Notes: generated from the letters alone by a model not told the origin. Counted from the stretch's first letter, positions 7,901 through 17,791 are shown. The stretch is DNA of 42,220 nt from a virus (IMGVR_UViG_3300037424_002814:1-42220), one strand, 5' to 3'. Translations and numbers: made by a program.

Positions 7901-9703
7901 TTAGTTTAAAAAAGCTGTATGCTCTTCCAGTTCATTCATTGCCACCCATGCCTTAAATGCCGCCAGCTCCTCGAGCTGCCAGGCATTGTCTATCTTCTTG
8001 GCGATGCCGGCCTTATATACCCCGCCCATGACAAAGGCGGTGAGAATCCAGTCATAAAGCTCGTGCCAGTGGAATGCCCTGAGGTTGATATCCAGCGGGA
8101 TATCGCGGGGATAGCAATTGGGCTTAATCCCTAAATCATCGCGGCTCCCAGGCATCCCGATCAAAGCATAATTGCTGCTCTCCTCTCCAAATCCGAACTC
8201 CTTCTCATCCGCTTCCACGATCCTGAGCAGAGCCTCAGTAGTGCTGGTAATGCTGCCGGTGGTGCTATCATCATCCGATACCGCAGACGCAGACAAAACC
8301 AACATGGGAATGAGCACTGCAAACCGACCATCATCCAGCGCCACGGTACTCCACCCCGCGATCCCGTAAGATGTTTCGGAAAAAGCATACTCTCCCTTCT
8401 GCGCGGCCTCACCAAGCTCCCCGCTATCGGAGCAGGTTATACAGGTGGTCGTCCATCCGTGAGTAAAATCGCCTTCGGCGCTGGTTCCGCCAAACGTATA
8501 TTGGCTCCAGGAGCCATCAAAAATCGTCTCCTTTTCGCCAACGGCAACCCTGGTCACAACACCGGCGGAGAGGGTGCCGTATGAGCCGCTTTTTTGCTCG
8601 CGGGAATAATCTATGCAGCCCTGGAAAGTTGTTCCGTGCCCAAATGCTCCAAACCACCATTTATGATAATATCCATTTGCGTGCTGCCACCACCCGCTGC
8701 AATGCTCTGACCCGCATTCGTAGCCGACAAACTGCGGGTCATACCATGTCGTACATGCGCATTCCCCCGGATCAAAGTCCATACAGGCAAATAATACACT
8801 CTGCGTAGTACATTGTGCGTCAGTCAGCGTGCAGACATCGCTGGCCTCCCCGCCGGCAATGCTGACGCGCGGGCCAATATCAATCCGCTCAGATAGGGAG
8901 CCGATATTTACTCCCCAACTATGCCCAAGGGGGCATGTAGTTGATTGGTTGCCGGTGCGATTTTGCGTACTCTTCGCGCCCGCATAATTTAATTCCTGTG
9001 TTCCTGGCTCACATCCCGCACTGCACCCGACCATTTTTTTGCAGATTGTGCCGTTGTACGTGCTACCTTGCCCCACACCGCCGCAGGGGCAGAGATACCA
9101 TTCATCGTTATCATCATCCGCTCCTGCCGGCGCGTCACAACATTCGCCATTATCAAAGTTTATCAACCCACATTCATCACCACATCCCTGTATATCAACC
9201 GCCTGCAAAGCGGGCGTTGCCCTGGTGTAATATTCCACCTCCTCAAGATCCTCGCAGGACCACCACTTTGATATGATCTCCGGCGTGGGCGGCAATGCTG
9301 CATTGGGGTTCTGATGATACCCTACGTTCTCGTTCAGGTCCCAAAACCACCAGTCGTATTCCTCGCCGATTAATTTAAAGAGAGCAATGATCGGCGCACA
9401 GGATTTGGGATTCTCCAAAAAACCCGTAACATATAGTGGTATTCCTTCATCGTTACATAATACCAGCACCTGATCATCAACCTTGAATGCCGCCAGCATC
9501 TGGGTCTGCTCTGAGGCCGTGTGCGGGTGCGTGTGGTTTTTCCAGTCATTCACGCAGTGGTAGTGCACGGGCACTGCCTCATGCAGCGTTTCACCTATTT
9601 GAACGTCCATCATGTGGTTCACGGAGTCTATGGCGGTGATGGTACCGGAACGCGGCAGTGCCTCACATTCAGGAACAGTGGTTTTATCCAGATTCGCCAT
9701 CAC
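7901..9703 (-). CDS. Cysteine-rich tail/baseplate-associated protein
   Basis: 600 aa; OB-fold-like N-terminus (GTITAID...FKVDDQVLV); about 26 Cys by manual count. Confidence 0.7.
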   Translation of the reverse strand: MMANLDKTTVPECEALPRSGTITAIDSVNHMMDVQIGETLHEAVPVHYHCVNDWKNHTHPHTASEQTQMLAAFKVDDQVLVLCNDEGIPLYVTGFLENPKSCAPIIALFKLIGEEYDWWFWDLNENVGYHQNPNAALPPTPEIISKWWSCEDLEEVEYYTRATPALQAVDIQGCGDECGLINFDNGECCDAPAGADDDNDEWYLCPCGGVGQGSTYNGTICKKMVGCSAGCEPGTQELNYAGAKSTQNRTGNQSTTCPLGHSWGVNIGSLSERIDIGPRVSIAGGEASDVCTLTDAQCTTQSVLFACMDFDPGECACTTWYDPQFVGYECGSEHCSGWWQHANGYYHKWWFGAFGHGTTFQGCIDYSREQKSGSYGTLSAGVVTRVAVGEKETIFDGSWSQYTFGGTSAEGDFTHGWTTTCITCSDSGELGEAAQKGEYAFSETSYGIAGWSTVALDDGRFAVLIPMLVLSASAVSDDDSTTGSITSTTEALLRIVEADEKEFGFGEESSNYALIGMPGSRDDLGIKPNCYPRDIPLDINLRAFHWHELYDWILTAFVMGGVYKAGIAKKIDNAWQLEELAAFKAWVAMNELEEHTAFLN

Positions 9704-10542
9704 GAAACTCCAGAAAAAGCGAATGGAATTATTACATAATCTTCTATCTCAACCGTTGGTACATTAAGGTTGGTAACAGGGATACGCTCCTCATATTCAT
9801 TCACCGGAAACTCCGTATTAATCTTGGCCAGGGCCACCCACTGGCCGATGGTATATTTAGTCAGGTCTGTACCCTTGGCGCCGGTGAGGACACCGTCCAC
9901 CATGACCTCATAGACTCGCGCCTCCTCGTCGAAGATGTCGTGGATCAGGCCTCCCATGAAGCCTGCGGTCTGGAACAACTCGCTCCCGATTGGGCGGCAG
10001 CCGCCAGCACCGTAAGTCTCAAGGCACGCCTCCTCATCGAAACATCCTATGAGAAGGAAACGCTCACCAGGCACCGGATAATCCTCCACCACCTCGCGGT
10101 CAGCTCCGGCCATGCCGCAACCCGCGCAGTCGGGATTCCTCTCATCGCCTACAGGATAGATCACAACCGCCGGATCGATTGCCAGTTCTTCAAGATGTAC
10201 CGTGCCGCTCTTGGACCCTGCCAGGGTCCCCTGGTTCAAGAGTCAGCCGGCGCTTTCCGGCCATTGCCAATAGAGCTTAGCTGCGCAGAGGGCTGTGATC
10301 TCCCAGCCGAGGGCAGCCTCATGCGAGCATCCGCATTGCATATACGCCGGGCAAAGGGCGATCCGGCAGATAAGGTCGGATATCTGCCTGCCGACCCTGA
10401 TCAGCGGGATCGTGACCTTGATCCGGTTTTCATCGATCGTGGTGTACCGAATCTCCTTGGGCGGCGTGCGATACCAAATCGCTTTCCCTTTCCCCGGGGA
10501 TGGACACAAGCCCAGCTGTATGGTGGCTCTATCCACGCTCAT
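9700..10542 (-). CDS. Tail-module protein interrupted by one in-frame TGA (10243-10245): candidate selenoprotein/readthrough, or two ORFs
   Basis: ORFs 10243..10542 and 9700..10239 share a frame, separated only by TGA CTC; the downstream part lacks an RBS; a hairpin follows the TGA. Confidence 0.55.
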
Positions 10543-11987
10543 TAAGTAACCAGTATCGTATCATTCGCCAAGCCATCCGGCAGGTTAGAGGGCTTATGGT
10601 CATCGGCCGTGATGATCACCCCATGTTCTCCACCAGCGACCAGACCGATGTCCAGCTGACCGTCGGAACCCATTACCCCTTTTGCCACTCCATCCAGGAA
10701 AAAAGCCGCACCGGGGATGGGAAGCTCGGTGTGAAAATCAATAATCTCAATGGTCACCAGCTTGTCTTTATCCTCACTCGATGCGCCGGATTCCGTATCG
10801 ATGCGCACGGTCCGCGTATCCCGGATATAAACGGCCACGATGGCGTGACAATCTACCTGCACCTCGCCTACGACGCCGGCAACCAGGGTGTTCTCGGCCC
10901 AGGCGGTCTCGTAATCGATCAATACCGCCGAGTCGATAAAGGTGAGGGGGGTAGCCTCATCCAGGGTAATGGAGCGGCCCTTGAACTCCTTGACCGTCTT
11001 GACCAGCCCGGTGGCCACCTCGATAACGCTGTGGATCTGGCGGATGGGATAGGTAGTCGAGACCAGGTATCGGGAGGTAGCATACTGCGCCTCGGCGGGG
11101 ATCGGGCGGGTATAGACGGTAGTGCGGGCATTGAGCCAGTGGGCATAGGCGGGGTTGTCTGTGGTCCAGTCGACAACATGGCCGTCAGCTACGGGCGAGC
11201 CATCCAGGTGCGTGACCACGGCCCGGGCCCGTGTGGTCTCGCCGATGGCGATGGAGGAATCGTCCAGCTCGAGGGCGATAGCCAGATTGGCCTCGTCCGT
11301 GCGGGAATAGGTGCCGACCTTGATGCGATTGCCGAAATCCGGCAATTCGACAATCTCTGTGATCTGTTGGATCTGGGCCCCGTGCAAGGTGTCGCCTGGC
11401 CCAGGGGCCACTATGCAATGATAGAGATCGCGCAGGACCCAGAGCAAATTATTGCGGTCGGTGGCGAGATAGCCGTCGGTCTTGCCGACGAGCTCCTGCA
11501 GGATCTCCAGGGGGTAGCGGCCCTGGACGCTGTAGGAGCCGGCATAGATCAAGTAATCAGAAATCAGAATTCTGGAGGCAGAATATTCTAAACCGCAAGA
11601 TTCCAAGAGCTCTTGAATAATGGTAAAGAGGGTTGTATCAGTGGGCCACTCTTTGGAGATGCGGGCGGCAAAGGGCTGGGTAAGTCGGGCCGATTCGTCG
11701 CGCCCTCGGAGGGCCGGGAGGGTGATGGCGTCCTTGGTCTGGACCAGCGTAGGTTTTTCTATAAAGAAGATCCCCTCGGATGCCCAGATCCCATCGACCT
11801 CGGTGCGGATCTCAAGGCGCGGCGCTGCCGGCACCTGCTGAAAATTGAATGAGGCATAAAGAGAGGAATCGTTCAACCCGAGCGTGAGCTCCTTGCAAAA
11901 GGAGCCACCCCCCTTGAAGATATCAAACTGGGCAATCTTATTCCTAATTGAATTGCCGTCAAGCAAGCAGTCCCAAGCTTGGCTCAT
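10542..11987 (-). CDS. Baseplate hub/tail tip protein with Ig-like C-terminal domains
   Basis: 481 aa, second gene after tape measure; LRGRD...L and LEILQELV...G hub-like pattern; PEGA-like C-terminus. Confidence 0.65.
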   Translation of the reverse strand: MSQAWDCLLDGNSIRNKIAQFDIFKGGGSFCKELTLGLNDSSLYASFNFQQVPAAPRLEIRTEVDGIWASEGIFFIEKPTLVQTKDAITLPALRGRDESARLTQPFAARISKEWPTDTTLFTIIQELLESCGLEYSASRILISDYLIYAGSYSVQGRYPLEILQELVGKTDGYLATDRNNLLWVLRDLYHCIVAPGPGDTLHGAQIQQITEIVELPDFGNRIKVGTYSRTDEANLAIALELDDSSIAIGETTRARAVVTHLDGSPVADGHVVDWTTDNPAYAHWLNARTTVYTRPIPAEAQYATSRYLVSTTYPIRQIHSVIEVATGLVKTVKEFKGRSITLDEATPLTFIDSAVLIDYETAWAENTLVAGVVGEVQVDCHAIVAVYIRDTRTVRIDTESGASSEDKDKLVTIEIIDFHTELPIPGAAFFLDGVAKGVMGSDGQLDIGLVAGGEHGVIITADDHKPSNLPDGLANDTILVT

Positions 11988-12433
11988 GAGACTACCTCAC
12001 GGACGAGGAGTATGATTTCGTATGAGTACCATACGATGCTGCCGGCGTCCGGGCGCGGGTCCATGTGCAGCCACCGGATAAACGACTTGACATTTTGCCA
12101 TTTCCTAAACCCCCGTGGATGCCGCGTGAATTGAACCTTAAAAACATTCAATCCGTCGGTGAAATACCATTGGGCGTCTTTAATAAGATATTTTGCCTCG
12201 AGGGCATCCACATGCGATTGCTTCAAGGCGTCGGTATCGCGGATCAGAATCTTCCGGTCCTGCATGTCTACCCCCATATCCTGAACCTGCACGCCGGAAA
12301 GACAGGGAAGCACCGAACCGCGCCCTTCCCATTCGTATTCGGGATCGTATTCCCCGCCGAGAGGGTCCTGGTAGAACTCTGTAACATCAACAGTAAAATT
12401 CTGATCTGCAGCCAGTTTGAAATGTGATGCCAA
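11984..12433 (-). CDS. Putative distal tail protein
   Basis: 149 aa directly after tape measure; GAGG RBS with TTG start. Confidence 0.55.
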   Translation of the reverse strand: MASHFKLAADQNFTVDVTEFYQDPLGGEYDPEYEWEGRGSVLPCLSGVQVQDMGVDMQDRKILIRDTDALKQSHVDALEAKYLIKDAQWYFTDGLNVFKVQFTRHPRGFRKWQNVKSFIRWLHMDPRPDAGSIVWYSYEIILLVREVVS

Positions 12434-12542
12434 ATTTAACCTCGCTCACAGGGTTCAATCCCACTCCTTTCATTTTGATTCTCTGATAGTGGGATGTCAC
12501 AAGGTGACAGGGGTCGAGGGTCCAAGGGTTCGAGCAGAATCC

Positions 12543-14306
12543 TTAACCACCCACCAGATCCTTATGTTTTAGTGCCTCCAATAAAGCATCCGCTGTATCG
12601 TCTTTTTTTACCTGCAGCTGATAGCTCTTGCCGTTGCCTCTCAAATCCAAAACGAAATAGCCCTGGGGGGATCCTCCACCGCCGCCCTGTGCCGCTTGTC
12701 GCAGTGCATCCAGAATGCCGCGCTGCCGGGCGAACCGGGCTGTGTATTTATCCAGGACCTCTTCCCCGCCCTCGAGCAGGCGCGGATATTTATCGCCGCC
12801 GCCGAAGCCGGGGATCGATCCGCCGCCTTGCATGCCGTATTCCGTGGTCGTCCCCTCGCCGGAAACGATGGTCTCGCGCACCACACGCACCCGGATCGGT
12901 TCGCGCTCTATCTTGGTTTTATAATCCGCCCACCAATTATAGAGTTCGTCGAGATTCTTCCCGGCCATAATATTGTCAACGGCTACATCAATGGGGTCCT
13001 TCTCAATTTTATCCTTCGTGTCTTTCACGTCCTCCGCTACATCTTTGTTGATCCCCTTGATATCATCGATAGCCTTGATCATATCGTCATAGGTCTTTTT
13101 AAAATCACCGGCGGCAAACGCCTTGCCCCCCTGCCCTGTTGAAACTTTCCAAAAGAGTCCAAAGGCATCTATGGCGACTTTTAAGACATCAATAAGCGCC
13201 GTAGCCCTCGCCTTGATATCGGCAAAGGTTGCAGGCACGGCTTTGAGATTTGTTTCGAGCCAGGTTGAAAATTTGGTGAGCGCAGGGATAAGATCATCTA
13301 TAACGGCCTTGGCAAGATTTTTGAAATTTGTCGCTGCCGTTGCCGCCCAGGTTTTAAGATCAACCCCCTTCTGCCACTCTGCCAATTTTCCAGCAAGATG
13401 GGAAAGCACCTGCCCGGCGGCATCTTTAAACGGATCAAGGACCTGGTTGACGATAACCCCGAACTGCTCTTTGACTTCCCCCCACATAGTCTTGATATAA
13501 TCGGAGAGGCCCTTTGAGGTCGTGCGGTAGGCGTCGGCCTGGCCCTTGACCTTGCTCTCCACCTGTTCGAGAACGCCGGCGAATCCTATGGATTTGAATG
13601 TTGCATCATCGATGTCAATGCCGATCTGCTTGAGCCCCCTGGTCATCCCCAAGCTGGCCATGCCCATGAGCTGGGCGGCCTGGGGCAGATCTACCCCCAG
13701 GGCCCTGGCCAGATCGGCAGTGACCTGCAGGGTGCGCGGGAAGAGATCATTGGAAATAGCATCATAGGGGGCGAGGATCGTGGCGGCGGACTCGACGGCG
13801 TCATCCGTAAACCCGGTCAGCTTCTGCATGGCCTCGGCCTGGGCAATAACCTGCCGCTCGAAATCGCCGTAGGCGCGCTTGTTGGCAAGCAGGGTCGTGT
13901 GCAGACTCTTTAGGGCAAGCTCCTGACCGGCTGCTTCCTCGCCGCAATCCCCAAGAAATTTGACGACGTCCTTGAGACCCTTGAAGGCGAGAAGGGCAGT
14001 GGTGACGGCAATAGTAGTCGGCACGAGGGCGTCGAATTTTTTACCGAGACCCGATGATTCAGTTGCCGCCCCCTGGATCTCCGCTTTCATATGCTTGAGA
14101 CCCTCGGCAGCGTTTTTCCCGGCAGCACCGAGCCTTTTAATATAGGCTTCTGCCTTTTCTATTTCCCTTAGCTGGGCGGCCGCATCCTTGGCTGCAACCT
14201 TGATATCCTTAAATCCGCTTGCGGCATCACGGGCAAGGGTTTTAAGATCTTTCGCCGCCTGAGCGCCCTTTAAAATTATCTCTATCTCGACTCTATCTTT
14301 AGCCAC
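12543..14306 (-). CDS. Tape measure protein
   Basis: 587 aa Ala/Lys-rich helical; GGSIPGFGGGDKYPRLLEGGEEV C-terminal motif; follows tail chaperones. Confidence 0.9.
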   Translation of the reverse strand: MAKDRVEIEIILKGAQAAKDLKTLARDAASGFKDIKVAAKDAAAQLREIEKAEAYIKRLGAAGKNAAEGLKHMKAEIQGAATESSGLGKKFDALVPTTIAVTTALLAFKGLKDVVKFLGDCGEEAAGQELALKSLHTTLLANKRAYGDFERQVIAQAEAMQKLTGFTDDAVESAATILAPYDAISNDLFPRTLQVTADLARALGVDLPQAAQLMGMASLGMTRGLKQIGIDIDDATFKSIGFAGVLEQVESKVKGQADAYRTTSKGLSDYIKTMWGEVKEQFGVIVNQVLDPFKDAAGQVLSHLAGKLAEWQKGVDLKTWAATAATNFKNLAKAVIDDLIPALTKFSTWLETNLKAVPATFADIKARATALIDVLKVAIDAFGLFWKVSTGQGGKAFAAGDFKKTYDDMIKAIDDIKGINKDVAEDVKDTKDKIEKDPIDVAVDNIMAGKNLDELYNWWADYKTKIEREPIRVRVVRETIVSGEGTTTEYGMQGGGSIPGFGGGDKYPRLLEGGEEVLDKYTARFARQRGILDALRQAAQGGGGGSPQGYFVLDLRGNGKSYQLQVKKDDTADALLEALKHKDLVGG

Positions 14307-14329
14307 GTTGCGACATCTCCCTCACTCTA

Positions 14330-14400
14330 GTGCAAAAATATAATTGAAGGGACCCCACGAGTCCGTCTCGCCGAAGGCGGACGAGACGAGTGCGGGCATA
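14330..14400. repeat. Dispersed repeat family A, copy 1 (others at 14967, 25821, 31690, 33686, 34623; partial at 18697)
   Basis: TG+A-tract head, then GAYCCCRCG, variable hairpin, GTGYGG...AT. Confidence 0.8.
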
Positions 14401-14404
14401 CCGC

Positions 14405-14665
14405 TCACTCCTTTAAAAACCTCTCAATCAGTTTCATCTCTCTCAATTCCACCCCCAGCAGCAGATCCACCAGCTCATACTTGTCATCGATATAGCGCCG
14501 CATGGCAACCTTGAGCAGCCGCTTAAAGAGCGAATAGGGATAGCTCAGGGCTTCTCGGTGCCCTTGCCAGGCGAGCCAGTCGATGGTTCGGGCGTTGCAG
14601 ATGGCCCACGCTCTCTCATGAGCTGCTCCAGCTTCTCCATCTTTTTCTGATATATCGCGAAAAAA
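14405..14665 (-). CDS. C-terminal extension of chaperone (GT-like) via -1 programmed frameshift
   Basis: Slippery T TTT TTC at 14659-14665; -1 frame open to 14405 with LAWQGH...YPYSLF. Confidence 0.65.
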   Translation of the reverse strand, partial: FFRDISEKDGEAGAAHERAWAICNARTIDWLAWQGHREALSYPYSLFKRLLKVAMRRYIDDKYELVDLLLGVELREMKLIERFLKE

Positions 14666-14895
14666 TCGGGGTTGGCCTCCTTCATGGCCGCGACCAGGTG
14701 GGTGAACTCGCCGAACCCGAGCTTGCCGATTTCTTCCTCGGTGAGATCGGTGCACCGGGTGAGCAGCTTTATCTCCCCCCCGGGCTTGCCGATCAGGACG
14801 TCGGTGATGATGTCGATGCCCACCTGTGGATCGGCAAAGATCGCCTCGACATCGGAGACCAGAAGCTCGCGAACTTCAATATTTTGTTTCGCCAT
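14545..14895 (-). CDS. Tail assembly chaperone (G-like)
   Basis: Between tail tube and tape measure; ANPDFF motif; GGAGG RBS. Confidence 0.75.
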   Translation of the reverse strand: MAKQNIEVRELLVSDVEAIFADPQVGIDIITDVLIGKPGGEIKLLTRCTDLTEEEIGKLGFGEFTHLVAAMKEANPDFFAIYQKKMEKLEQLMRERGPSATPEPSTGSPGKGTEKP

Positions 14896-15046
14896 AAGAC
14901 ATCTCCTCCACTGTTACTTTGTAACATCCCCTCATTTATATTTTCATCAAAAAGGAAGGGGACGAAGTGTAAAAATCAATAGAAGGGATCCCACGCACCG
15001 CTCTACGCATCATGAAGCGGTGCGTGTGGACATCCCGCCACGTGTC

Positions 15047-15829
15047 TTACGCCGCCTGAGTTAATCTATACCTGCCAAACGGCGTATCCGGGTGGTTCGC
15101 GCGGTCCGAGAGCACCTCGAACTCAAAGGGGATCTTCCCATAATCCTGGGTGATCAAAGGGAACTCCGCCTTGATGGTGATCCGCACGAGCCAGATCTCG
15201 GCCTCGATCAGAGGGCCCTTTGCCGGATTGCCGACGAAGTGCAGATACTTCTCGATGGTCGGATTGGTCAGCGGCCTGATCTCCTCGGCTGCCCAGGCAG
15301 TGCGGGTAACTATGGCCGTCAGCACCATGCCCACGGTGATCGATCCGGTCGAGAGCGGCTTGATCCAGCCCTTTTCGGAATCTACCTCAAAGTCGACGCC
15401 CTCGTCGTACTCGGTATCTTCCTCATCCACGAGGGACTCCACGGTGATGCCCTTGGAACCCGTCGGATACCAGGCGTCGAGCCGGTCTATGGTGACAGGG
15501 GCGGCCTCGATGCCCGAACCCGAGAGCTGAGAGACCGCATGCACCCCGTCCCCGAGCACGGCGAGGTTCATGTTGTGAATGGAATACGCCTCGAATTCTC
15601 CGTTGTAGATCATCCCCAGCTCGTCGGCCTCGGAGATGTCCTTCTCGAAGCGCGCCGTCAAGGCGGAGCGGTGCTCGTCATAGGTCACCTGCGGCTGGGC
15701 GCCGAAGACCGGGCCGTTGCCCATATGGACAAGTCCTTTGGGATTGCCGTTGGCGTCGCGATCGGCAAGATAAATCGCCCCGCCGCCTTTGTAAAGATTC
15801 TGTGTCGTTGGTTCAAGCGGAAGTACCAT
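15047..15829 (-). CDS. Major tail tube protein (siphovirus-type)
   Basis: NLYKGGGAIYLA...HMGNGP, IPFEFEVL..D C-terminus; position after gp37. Confidence 0.8.
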   Translation of the reverse strand: MVLPLEPTTQNLYKGGGAIYLADRDANGNPKGLVHMGNGPVFGAQPQVTYDEHRSALTARFEKDISEADELGMIYNGEFEAYSIHNMNLAVLGDGVHAVSQLSGSGIEAAPVTIDRLDAWYPTGSKGITVESLVDEEDTEYDEGVDFEVDSEKGWIKPLSTGSITVGMVLTAIVTRTAWAAEEIRPLTNPTIEKYLHFVGNPAKGPLIEAEIWLVRITIKAEFPLITQDYGKIPFEFEVLSDRANHPDTPFGRYRLTQAA

Positions 15830-15847
15830 AATCTTTTACCCCCTTCT

Positions 15848-15917
15848 AAAGGGTTCAAGGATTCGAGGATTCAAGGGTTCGAGTGTTTTCACTAGACCCC
15901 TAGACCCCTTGACCCCT
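15848..15917. repeat. Degenerate 8-bp tandem repeats (TTCRAGGR / TAGACCCC)
   Basis: gggttcaaggattcgaggattcaagggttcgag then tagacccc-like x3; related tracts at 12510-12548 and 16351-16385. Confidence 0.7.
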
Positions 15918-15923
15918 GGGACC

Positions 15924-16352
15924 CTATATTGTGTTGACGTCTGTTTCATACTCTTGCGCGTACACGCTCATCACCGGCGAGTTAAAGAGCAGCCGCTCGC
16001 GCGTAATCAAGAGCGGCGAGATCGCGAGGCCCAGATCATTGTTGTCCAGGAGATCCATCACCGCGCCCAGGAGATCATAGAGCCCCTGGCGCATGGTGGG
16101 GTCCGCCTCACCGCGCAGGGACTTGGCCGCCAGGATCACGGCAAGGCGCGGGTTCCTCTGTACCCGGTTGCCGGAGCGGATAAAATCCGAGCCGTCGTAG
16201 ATCACGAGCGCCGCCGGGAAGAGCTTGATGATCGTCGAGACGGTCTCCTCGGTCACGGCCTCGAAGTCGCCGTTATAGCCGCGCACGGTGCGGAAAGAGG
16301 GAACCCCGTTTTTTATTGCATTAATGATTGCGGTCTCTATTTCTTTTATCAC
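15924..16352 (-). CDS. Mu gp37-like tail terminator (DUF1834)
   Basis: MIKEIETAII, YNGDF, PAALVIYDG, GLYDLL, SVYAQEYET. Confidence 0.85.
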   Translation of the reverse strand: MIKEIETAIINAIKNGVPSFRTVRGYNGDFEAVTEETVSTIIKLFPAALVIYDGSDFIRSGNRVQRNPRLAVILAAKSLRGEADPTMRQGLYDLLGAVMDLLDNNDLGLAISPLLITRERLLFNSPVMSVYAQEYETDVNTI

Positions 16353-16383
16353 TCGACCCCTCGAATCCTTGAACCCTTGAATC

Positions 16384-16833
16384 CTATGACACCAGGAATC
16401 CCGTAAGGCTCTTTCTCAAATATGCCAAATCGCTTTCTTGAATCACTAAATATGACCTCGCCGGGATGGTGACCTTCTTCCCCCTGCCGGCCTTACCACC
16501 TAGCTGTTGGATCCGGGCATACGGGGTACTCGGGCCGCCCGCGCCGATGATGACATTGTCGGCACCAGCCCTATAGGCGATCGTATTCTTTAAAAAGCTA
16601 TGAAGGATCAGGATCGGCGTGGCCCCTTTGCCCATGCGGGCGCGCGCCTTGACCGTCGCCTTTGCCAGGGGCCGCCAGGGTACCGGCCTGCCGCCGGTCC
16701 GGAAGTTCTCCTCGATGGAGAAGCGCATGCGCTCCCCCATGTCCTTGGTCACCGGGGAGAAGTCCTGGAGCCGCTCCATGAGGCCCGCGAGAAGATCTTT
16801 GTCGCCTTTGATATCTATACGGAGAGAAACCAT
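16384..16833 (-). CDS. Virion morphogenesis protein (Mu gpG-like)
   Basis: ENFRTGGRPVPWRPLA, YARIQQLGG, VTIPARSYL. Confidence 0.9.
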   Translation of the reverse strand: MVSLRIDIKGDKDLLAGLMERLQDFSPVTKDMGERMRFSIEENFRTGGRPVPWRPLAKATVKARARMGKGATPILILHSFLKNTIAYRAGADNVIIGAGGPSTPYARIQQLGGKAGRGKKVTIPARSYLVIQESDLAYLRKSLTGFLVS

Positions 16834-16945
16834 CTTTTATCCGTGCCCATCTGTGGGACTCCGTGGTAGGGACTTTTCCACAAAATCCATTCTAATGATT
16901 TCAATGACTTACCCCCCCAAAATGCACAACGATTTTAGCCACCCC

Positions 16946-17269
16946 TTACCCAGGTATCCCTTTTTCGATTCCCCGATTAAAACGCCGGGCGTATTTCGGG
17001 GGAATCTTGTTAGATTTCAGCATGTTATGCACTGTGTTCCTGTGCACGCCCATCATCTCAGCCACGCGCGTTTTTTGGGCCTTTTTGAAGGTGTTTATGA
17101 GCCGCCCCGGACGGAGCTGCGGGCCCCGCGCCTCCTCCCGCTCCCAGAGGATCAGGTTGGCCTGGACACAGAACTCGCAGATTGTTTTAACGCCATCTTT
17201 GATGGTACACCTGCACGGCGCGGGCTTCCCGTCTACGATCAATATGCTTGGTGCGATACCTTGTTGCAT
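16946..17269 (-). CDS. Hypothetical protein with Cys pairs and C-terminal HTH
   Basis: CRC...CEFC, then KTRVAEMMGVHRNTVHNML. Confidence 0.55.
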   Translation of the reverse strand: MQQGIAPSILIVDGKPAPCRCTIKDGVKTICEFCVQANLILWEREEARGPQLRPGRLINTFKKAQKTRVAEMMGVHRNTVHNMLKSNKIPPKYARRFNRGIEKGIPG

Positions 17270-17272
17270 AAG

Positions 17273-17698
17273 CTAGAATCCTTTTAATTTATGCCGGGTA
17301 AATATTCTTCTTTTTGATTTGATCTCTGCCTGGGCCCCGGCGCTGGCGGCCTCGGCGCCGTCCTCTTTGGCGAACTTGACCTTGCCGTCCGAAAGGCGCT
17401 GGAGAAATTTCACCGCATCGTCGTATCCTTTATCCACCGCCTCATTCGTGAGCTGTCGTCGTTTAAAGAGATTATGGATGGCGATATCAATACTGAGGTT
17501 TTTAGCTTTCGGCGGCACCGGAGAAAAGGGAACGTCGTAAAGCACCATCGCATAGGAATCGATTTCACTATCGGCATTGGTAATAGCCGCGGCCACGATG
17601 GTCTCATCGACCTCGCCGGCGCCGGCGTCATCAGTGAGCTGCACCAGTTCCGCCTCCGGGATGGCATTTTTGATATCGTCAATATCGCAATAAGGCAT
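17273..17698 (-). CDS. Mu gp36-like head-tail adaptor (DUF1320)
   Basis: MPYCDIDDI...ELVQLTDD...ADSEIDSY...YDDAVKFL. Confidence 0.92.
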   Translation of the reverse strand: MPYCDIDDIKNAIPEAELVQLTDDAGAGEVDETIVAAAITNADSEIDSYAMVLYDVPFSPVPPKAKNLSIDIAIHNLFKRRQLTNEAVDKGYDDAVKFLQRLSDGKVKFAKEDGAEAASAGAQAEIKSKRRIFTRHKLKGF

Positions 17699-17726
17699 GT
17701 GGCCAACCTTCCCCTTTTTATAAAAG

Positions 17727-17768
17727 GGGTCATCCCGCTCCGCCTTTTAAGCGGAGCGGGACTCCCCA
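17727..17768 (-). terminator. Strong hairpin after major capsid gene
   Basis: TCCCGCTCCGC/GCGGAGCGGGA 11-bp stem, then a short T-run on the minus strand. Confidence 0.5.
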
Positions 17769-17791
17769 CTCTGACTAAGGTGTCACCCTGG

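Noticed and set aside
1076-9703. Invertible G-segment or diversity-generating retroelement
   Set aside because: No invertase, reverse transcriptase, flanking inverted repeats or TR/VR pair seen; the 1505/1599 duplicate is short and not adenine-specific
11984-16352. Contractile Mu-type tail
   Set aside because: No sheath or baseplate wedge genes recognised
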